9,103 nt of DNA from positions 1 to 9,103 of the forward strand of contig JADGIF010000411.1 of assembly GCA_018985225.1 (NCBI GenBank). Direction: 5' to 3'. Made by a program: the position numbers and the translations under genes. The notes under the pieces were generated by a model. That model had not been told where the DNA came from. It searched no databases and saw only the letters and a list, made by a program, of their open reading frames with translations. The first letter of the stretch is position 1. Each line of letters begins with the position of its first letter. Of the stretch, positions 1 to 7,600 are shown piece by piece. Origin of the DNA: Amoeboradix gromovi X-113 (taxonomy: Eukaryota > Fungi > Sanchytriomycota).

Positions 1-583
1 TTCTAGAGTCATTTTGTAATGTTATACTAACATCATTACTCTTATCTATTCTAGTTTTTACAGAGTAATAGTGATATTTTATTTGAAATTTAATTTTATG
101 AATTTAAGAGGCGAGTGGACATTCAGCTAGTTGCGGAGTTGACGAGTATAAAAGGAAAATAAATAAATTTTTGTATCGAAATTTCAGAAATAAATATTCT
201 GTAAAGCTATTTTCTTACTCTTTCATCCAATCTTTATTTTGAATAAACCTCTGATTCATAGTACTAATTCATAGTACTAAGTTGTTGGAACAGTTAAAAC
301 AAAACTGAAATTCAGCAAGACAAGAGTCAGGGAGACTGTCCAAAGATTACACTTCAAAGAAATGTAGTGTCTGCGAGAATGACACTAGAAAAGAGTACCG
401 TCTAAGAAAATGCACCTTTTGCTTAGATGCTCAAAGACCTTAATTGAAAGAGATGCAGGGTCTTCTAGTTTTATTTTGAAGAGGGGATTGAAAGTAATGA
501 AAGAAAATTGGTATAATGGAAGATCTTTTATTAATGATAGCATTTCCTCCGTATGGTGCACCTCTAAAAACGAGTTAGTCTAG
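1..583 (+). pseudogene. Degraded Fanzor2 / IS607-type TnpB nuclease, C-terminal half (bridge helix, RuvC-II, zinc ribbon, RuvC-III); probably continues upstream of the window
   Basis: Frame +3 gives VDEYKRKINKFLYRNF (138-185), IHSTKLLEQLKQ (267-302) and KDYTSKKCSVCENDTRKEYRLRKCTFC (342-422). After a frameshift, frame +2 gives LRCSKTLIERDAGSSSFILKRGL (422-490), with a stop at 581-583. Order and spacing match the TnpB/Fanzor2 consensus vdelHkK.a.fL / sH.kf..rLk.K / E.yTSK.CS.C / C..C...idRD.NaA.nIl.rgl. In-frame stops occur at 240, 252, 306 and 441. Confidence 0.8.
254..279 (+). repeat. Perfect 13-bp tandem duplication (ATTCATAGTACTA x2), each copy containing the palindrome TAGTACTA
   Basis: Read directly from the sequence: 254-266 is identical to 267-279. 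Confidence 0.95.
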
Positions 584-625
584 TTTTTGTATTTGGTGTC
601 CCAAATGAATAAACTTTGCAACAAT
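480..625 (+). ncRNA. Possible remnant of a Fanzor omega-RNA scaffold / element right end
   Basis: Lies at and just after the 3' end of the nuclease relic. Hairpins are TAAAAAC(565-571)/GTTTTTG(583-589) and ATTTGG(591-596)-TGTC-CCAAAT(601-606), and AGAGG(480-484) could pair with CCTCT(561-565). Boundaries are guesses. Confidence 0.3.
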
Positions 626-647
626 AAAAGAATTTAGCATGAATTCT

Positions 648-1316
648 CTAATCTGAATCGCTGTAGCATAAACCCAAATCATTTCTTTTGCTTTTTGTAT
701 TTATTTTAGCTTGTCTTAGTTTATCTTGCTCCGGAATTCCACCATTTCTTTGATTTTTGAACCACTCAATCTCTTCATCTATAGATCGAACAACGTTTAG
801 TTCCTTCTTATGAAAACTAGATTGCTGCTCTTTCAAGGCTTCAATTTCATCTACGTCTTTCATTTCTTGTTGTTGAATCCTTGTCTTCTCTTCTAACACA
901 ACCAGGGGATCTAACTCTTCTTCGCTAGAGCTATGCCCAAAGTCCTTCCTAACATCATTTAATATTCTTTTCATCTTTTCTTCGGCATGCGGCTCTGCCA
1001 TTCTTTTGGCGCCTCGTACAATTGCGTAGTCGGCTCTTTCAGGATCAGTCTCAAATATTATCTCACTACTACATAGGGTACATTTTATGTAAAATCTGAA
1101 TTTTTCTATAGTCATAAAGTATTGGTGAGTATGCTCTTTCCTCGCATTAAATTTTTTTCCCTTGTGAACAAATTCATGGCACTTCTCACACTGCATTGTA
1201 AATGGAGCGCATAATCTCACTTTTTTGTGCTTTTTAACTGCTAATGCTATACGCGGTACTTTTCTTGGGTTAACTCCAGATGGTAAATGCTTTTGAAATA
1301 CTTTACGCTCAACCAT
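648..1316 (-). CDS. YJU2: Pre-mRNA splicing factor Yju2/Cwc16 (CCDC94 family), zinc-binding, promotes the first (branching) step
   Basis: The N-terminus MVERKVFQK resembles the family MSERKVLNK. VRLCAPFTMQCEKCHEFVHKGKKFNARKE and FRFYIKCTLCSSEIIFETDP..ADY...GAKR match the Yju2 core, with two CxxC pairs, followed by a charged coiled-coil tail (DPLVVLEEKT). An in-frame stop lies 9 codons upstream of the ATG, which supports the start. No intron is needed. Confidence 0.95.
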   Translation of the reverse strand: MVERKVFQKHLPSGVNPRKVPRIALAVKKHKKVRLCAPFTMQCEKCHEFVHKGKKFNARKEHTHQYFMTIEKFRFYIKCTLCSSEIIFETDPERADYAIVRGAKRMAEPHAEEKMKRILNDVRKDFGHSSSEEELDPLVVLEEKTRIQQQEMKDVDEIEALKEQQSSFHKKELNVVRSIDEEIEWFKNQRNGGIPEQDKLRQAKINTKSKRNDLGLCYSDSD

Positions 1317-1430
1317 GAAACAGGAGTAACGGAGTTCCTTTCAAATTTGACACAACCAGATATTGATCCTATTGATTTTCAGAGCTCTTCTGATGTTCAT
1401 AAATAATCAATATCTGAATAATCCGCTATC

Positions 1431-1487
1431 ATTATACTTTTTGCCAAGGATGCTGGTGCCATAATGGAATGAATATCTGTTTACAAT
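1431..1487 (+). pseudogene. Possible RuvC-I-like fragment of a TnpB/Fanzor relic
   Basis: Frame +3 IILFAKDAGAIME*ISVYN resembles the consensus iialDpGvrtflt.Y, with the Tyr offset by one residue. This is a single short motif and could be chance. Confidence 0.25.
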
Positions 1488-1628
1488 GAGCTCTTTCAAA
1501 AGTTGCCTTGAATGAATTGCTTTTTATGATTTACGAGTGTTTACTAGGTATTATGAGTGCACAAATGAAACGATGCCGCTTTGACAAATTATATTATTTA
1601 CTAAAAAGACAAAAGAACTTTTAATGAC

Positions 1629-4600
1629 TTAATTCTGATCTATAGTGATGTTTGTAGCTTTTTTATAGATTTCTGAGATTTCTTGTAATTCTGGGCTCTT
1701 CAATCGAAATTCTCCTTTAAAAAAGAATCCAACTTTGTTCAGTTCTGTTATCCATGGTATCTCGCCATCGACAGGATGATCTACTCTTAAATCTTTCAGT
1801 CCTTTGACTCTATTCATTCTTTTGATTATATTACCTAATTTCAAAAAAGATCCTGTAAATTCTGCACTCAACTTAGCGCCCTTATCGCTTGATTTAAATT
1901 CGAACTGCTCGTCAACAGTAGCGACTAAATAATCTAATCTTGTTCTGTTCTCATCTATGTAGTCCCAAGCTTCAAAGTAAAAGTTGTGAAAATTAATACG
2001 GACATCAAAAGGTAAAAGTATTGGGACAAAAACATTCACACTCATCTTGACTAAGTTCTTTAAGGTAAAATATCCAATAACCTCTGTAGCATAGTATTCC
2101 GGTAGCCTAACACTTGTGCTATCAAGAAAAGTCAAAGATTTGCCTATTGGTCCATTGATTACTACATTTGTTATTCTCAACTGTTCCAATACATTGCCTC
2201 TCTCTACGCTAGTATCCCATATATCCTTCATTGCTTGAATGTTCTCTAATTTTATTAGAGCATCTAGTGTTCCTGCTTTCAAATCCATATTATCTACATT
2301 TAATGACATCAAAGTGTTTTTTAATCCCACATGCTCTATTTCCACAGATAATCCATATATATTTCCAGTAATTTCTGGCTCAATTTTTATTACGGCCGAT
2401 ACGTCTATTCCTCTCTTATTTACTTCTCCATTAACTTCTAAAATCTCCAAATATGGGTTTATCTCGCTTTTGACATCTCCAAGCTGCACCCCTATCTCTA
2501 TGTCTTCTACCATGCTATACAATTTGTTTTTATTTCCAAACTTTATTCTATTTAACTTTATGCTTGTTGTTAGTTCATCTTCATAAACCAAGTGCTGTAT
2601 TATATTACTTAAATCTACATTTTCATTAAACTGACATTCTATTCTAGTGTCTAGCCTAGTTATTCCCTCGTCCAGTTCTATTTCATAAATGTTGCAGCTC
2701 GTAAACTTGCTGTTATTTATATTTACACTTGCTGTAGCTGCATTTACGTAAAGCTTTATAGGAAAAGGATTCCTTATCTCAATTCCTACCTGCAACTCTA
2801 TCATATTTGTGCTTATAATATTCACTTTTGCACCATTAATTTTCAGGTCGCTTAATTTAGGGATCTTTAGCTGTGTGTTGTGTGGATATATATACTGCAA
2901 AGGTATGTTGACCATCAGTTCATTTAGTTGTTGCATTTCCCCTACAATAAGCCCTCTAATGTCTATAACCTCTGTTAATTCTTTGTTATTTAGTATCCCC
3001 ATGTATATGTCATTGATTATCTCACTTTGCTTTTTGCTGTTTATAAAGTCGCCTACTAGCCTTATGTCGAATTGTCCCTGAATAATTGTTAGTAATCCAA
3101 CGTTAAAAACGCCAAATTCGACATTGTTTATTCCGAGGTTAACTCTGATATCCATCAACTGCAGATTTATTGGCACATTCATAAATCCAGTACTATGCAT
3201 GCACAGTGGATATGCTGCTTCCGTAATATTCAACACTGTGCTTCCAAACGTGTATACAAATTGTCTCAGCTGTTTATTAATCCATTTCTTTACCTCATCC
3301 CCGTATCTGCTTATAGCAGTTCTGAAGTCTAGTTTAACATCTAGCTTGCTCAATAAATTGTTTTCATTCAATATCAATCCGTTGATTCCAACATTATTGA
3401 ACTCCAACATGTCGTTGTATATCTTGCTTGTAAATTTAGTAGCTATTTGCATCTTGTTGTCCTTTATATTTAATTCTACATGTATTGCATTAACATCGTT
3501 CAATCCGATGTTTAGTTGGATTTTCTCCATCAGAATGGGTATGTCTAGTAAATAACCCAACTCAATGTCAAAATCGTTGTCCTGGACTAGTGAAAAAGAC
3601 TTTATCGCAGGATTAGCTTCACCGATTGCATGTATTGCTGCAAATACTAGATGTGATATGTTCACAGAGTGCATTATATCCAGTAACCAACTGTAATACA
3701 CTGGTAGCATGATGTATTTTAATATGCCTATACTGTTATTTAATCCGAATATCAAATCACTGATGATCAAAGGCTCATGTTGATGCACGTTTAAATATTC
3801 GGCAACATTATCACCTTGATTTAGTAGCCCAACTACCAGTTTGATATCCAAGAGGTCACTGCTAGTAGCTAGTACCACGTCTATGTTCATCCACTTTTTC
3901 GTATAGCCTAGGTTGAGTTTTGATGATAGGTTAACAACAAATGGTAACTCAAGGGTAATATGCATATTTACTATGTTGCTCAACGATATTTCAACTATCT
4001 TTATAGTCTCAATAATATTTTCATGTATATAACGAATACAACGATGAACAAAAGAATAAATAGACTCGATGTTAGCTTTTACAACACCAGATACAAATGT
4101 GAATAGTCCATTGATCGGGATGCCGACATGTAGAGACTTGAACGATTTCACATCGCCTATAACAATTTCAGTAATAATTAAATCGCCAGACAAACTAGGT
4201 CTACTGTTAATTAAATCATTGATCAAGTTGGCAAAAGTCAGCGCTGATTGGTCGCTGCCATCAAAATCTACTATAACAGTATTTATAGTCGCCGAATTTA
4301 TGGACACAATCGAGTTTAGTATTTGAACAGAATCTATTAAAATATCTGCGCTAATGGGGCTTATGTTAAACGTAGAATTAGGCAAATGCAGTGTATAGTC
4401 AATTGAGATGACATTGGAGATGTCTATAGCTTTTATGGAGACTATCTCTAATAAATCGAAATCGGCTATACTGACTGATTTGTATAACAGAGACATTGCG
4501 CTATAAAATGCGTTTCGAAGGTGTTGTAAATCGATGCTAACATCCAATTGATTTATGATTATAGCATTGTTTATACCCAGCTGTATATCATTCATTGCAA

Positions 4601-7600
4601 TGATAAACTGGAAGAGCAACTGCCAACCATTGTTGTTATAAAACTTGATATAATAATTAACAGAGATAATAGCATTGTTAACAGATACATTGGCATCCAA
4701 GTCAAACAAACTATTTTTAAGTGTAAAAAGCAGTTTTTCAATGTCGAAAATAACAAGAGAATTAAAAATCGATAAAGCACCACTAAAAGATGAACCAGAC
4801 TGGTTGATTGTTAGGCCATATAGGTTAGACTTTGATATTGTGTACTTTAATGCATTAATGACGCGGTTGTGGTCAATATCTATAGATTTAACCAAATTGC
4901 TAACGGTGTCTAATGTGATATCCAATATGACTGCCACGTTGTTCAGTGCCATTGATGGATGCTCCATGGTACCAAACTTAATACCAGTACATGCAATAAT
5001 TAGTGGCTCATTATTAACAAAGTCTACGATAGCTTTAGATGCTATCTGGCTGAAATGTACACTGATATTGGTATTATCAACAAAAAGGTTGACTATATCT
5101 GTGCTTACAAACAATTCGTTGTTTATCAATATTGATGCAGATATAAACGGAATGTTAATTCTGAATGAATCAGACTTTATTTCAATTTCTGGATTTATTG
5201 AAATGCCACCCTTTATGTACCTGATGTCGATAGAAGATATGCTTTTGTAAATAGATTGTAAGATCTTTGGTATGCTATAAGAACTTGCATCTATGTAGCT
5301 CTGAATTAAAGAAACCACCAGATCTAGAGGCAGCAGAACTTTGACGAACCGTAGTTGATTGGTGGAGTATATATTATTGCCAAATTCAAGGTTCTGTATA
5401 CCTACATTACCTGTGATTGATTTCAGCACGTAGATATTCCATTTTATAGCGTCAATAAACGAGCCCTTTACAGTAATATCCTTTAATACGCCATTTGTTA
5501 ATTGAAAATCACTTATATCAACACTTATTATCTCCACATCGTTGACCACAAGATGCAAGGATATATGTGGTATTTTAACAGAGACCGGAATGTTTAAATC
5601 GACTGTACCATGTGCACTTAAATCGAATTTACCATAATCAGACACATTTAGATTGAAATACACAAGTTGAAATAAAGGGATCATACTGTTTATAAATGGG
5701 ATGCTTATAATAGGCACAAATGTAGATGTCGGTGAATTTAAAACTATCAGCTGCAGAGTGTTAATGTAGTCGACTTCAGAATATCCAATTCTTAAACTAG
5801 AAATGCCAAACGTAGAATAACCCTGCACATCGCTTATAAATCGCACTCTGACTGATATTTCATTATCTTTGCCAGTAGAAATATCAACATTATTGAGATT
5901 GATTAGCATGGAAGGAATGTTGTCTAGCAGCACCTTTAACTGGATGTAATTCATTATTATATGGTATTTGAATGGCAGCTGTATGTCAAGATTCAAATCA
6001 ACCATCAAATCTCGAGTGTAGTCAATGTTGGCGCTGTTTAGTTTGATCGTAGTCTGTTTTAAATAATCCACAAATGCAAGACTGCTTATCGAGATAAATC
6101 TAGTAAAGTATACCTTCAACTGATTAAGTATATGAGTGTAATAAACGGAGCCTGGAGCCATGCTAATGTTATTAATAGTAACAGGGAGGTTTTCTACATT
6201 GTTAAATGCGTTGTTAATAAACTCATTTAGAGTAGACTGAGCCATTGTACTATCTGAGAATTCGATTGTTATGCTAGTGTTAAAGACATATATATCAGGC
6301 TGCATATGAAATGAGTGGACAGTGCCATTCATAATCAAGACGTCATTAATAGACAGGTCGAATTGCACAAATGGAATATCCATTATAACAGGAATAGGGC
6401 TGTTTACGAGTATCTGAAGATTGACAGACAATAATGCACCTTGAATACCTTGCACTTGAGCATATAATAGCTCTAACTCAAGATCATGGATAGGAGTTAT
6501 CAAATCAACAACCGAAATGGTACTCTTTCCTTGAATGACGCTTGTCAGTTCATACGGAAGATTGATATCTTGCAGCAAATCTACATCATCAGAAGATTTT
6601 AAAACTAGGCTAGTCAGTGCTAGTTTGCATGGCGGTTCATACTTGTTGATTATTGAGTCAACAAATAAACTGGCTAGCTCCATGGAGGTGTTACCAAAAG
6701 CGACAACAGCATCGAACTTCACCACAGAGTGGTCAATTGGCATATCAAGACCAGACAATTGCACATTGAACATACTCGCATCGTTGATAGTTAAAACTGC
6801 AGAAATATTGTTGGTGATAACATGCAGAGGAATTAGATTAAGAACGCTAATTTGAATAGCAGCAGTAAAAGCATTGTATCGGTTCATATTTAACTGAATG
6901 CTGGAAATGTTGAAATTAATAAAGTCGTGGATAGACACTTTAGAGGAGAAGAACCAATTCAAGTTGATCGGGATTGGAACAGTTAAATCAGTATTTCGAA
7001 TAGAAAGATGATTCAGGTAAATTATTGGAGGATTGACGTATAACAAATTATGAATCAAATCTGCAAAATCAGCAGAATTATGATCAAAATAGACTCTGCA
7101 GGGAACATCGTTGGGCCCAGGTAAAATACTCAAAGAATTGAACTTTAACTGGACAAATTCCTGCTTATACATTAAGCTGATAAGTACGTTATTTAAATTA
7201 ATTGTTATAGACCTAAATGCGTTAGATAGCTGTATGTGCGCAACGACATCAAATCCTGAATACGACTGGCTTTGGACAGAATCAATATTTTTTATAACAA
7301 CTAGAGACCTTATGATGTCTATAGCATCGTAAAATACACTGGAGTCTTCCAAACCGCTTAGGAAATCAAGGCTGAGGCGGAAATCGTGTAACATCGAATT
7401 ACACCATTCACAGTCTTGCTTAACGACTTGCACATCACCAATATATAGATCCTTTAACAAATCATCACCGGAAATCGAGTTTTCAATCAAAATTTCATGA
7501 GCAACGTCCTTCAACTTGTCAAAATTAAAAAAGTACAAGTTCAACTGTAACTCCACCTTTTTATCACTCAAATCAGGGTCTGCCTCGACTGTTACAATCT

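Noticed and set aside
25-63. TACTAAC branch-point match (25-31) followed by CTAG or TTTTTACAG as a possible 3' splice site
   Set aside because: No convincing open exon follows, and the region is better explained as nuclease relic. It cannot be fully excluded without upstream sequence.
35-69. Inverted repeat ATTACTCT / AGAGTAAT
   Set aside because: An 8-bp AT-rich stem with a long loop is compatible with chance.
1379-1432. Possible minus-strand box C/D snoRNA (ATGATAG ... AGAAGAGCT-CTGA) with partial complementarity to the 18S rRNA segment AGCUCUUUC
   Set aside because: The C box is imperfect, the RNA would be only about 54 nt, the guide match is short and interrupted, and there is no terminal stem.
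2239-7332. Plus-strand ORFs at 2239, 2809, 3124, 4069, 4548, 4675, 6535 and 7111
   Set aside because: They are antisense shadows of the 2338-aa gene, S/I/L/F-rich, with no recognisable motifs.
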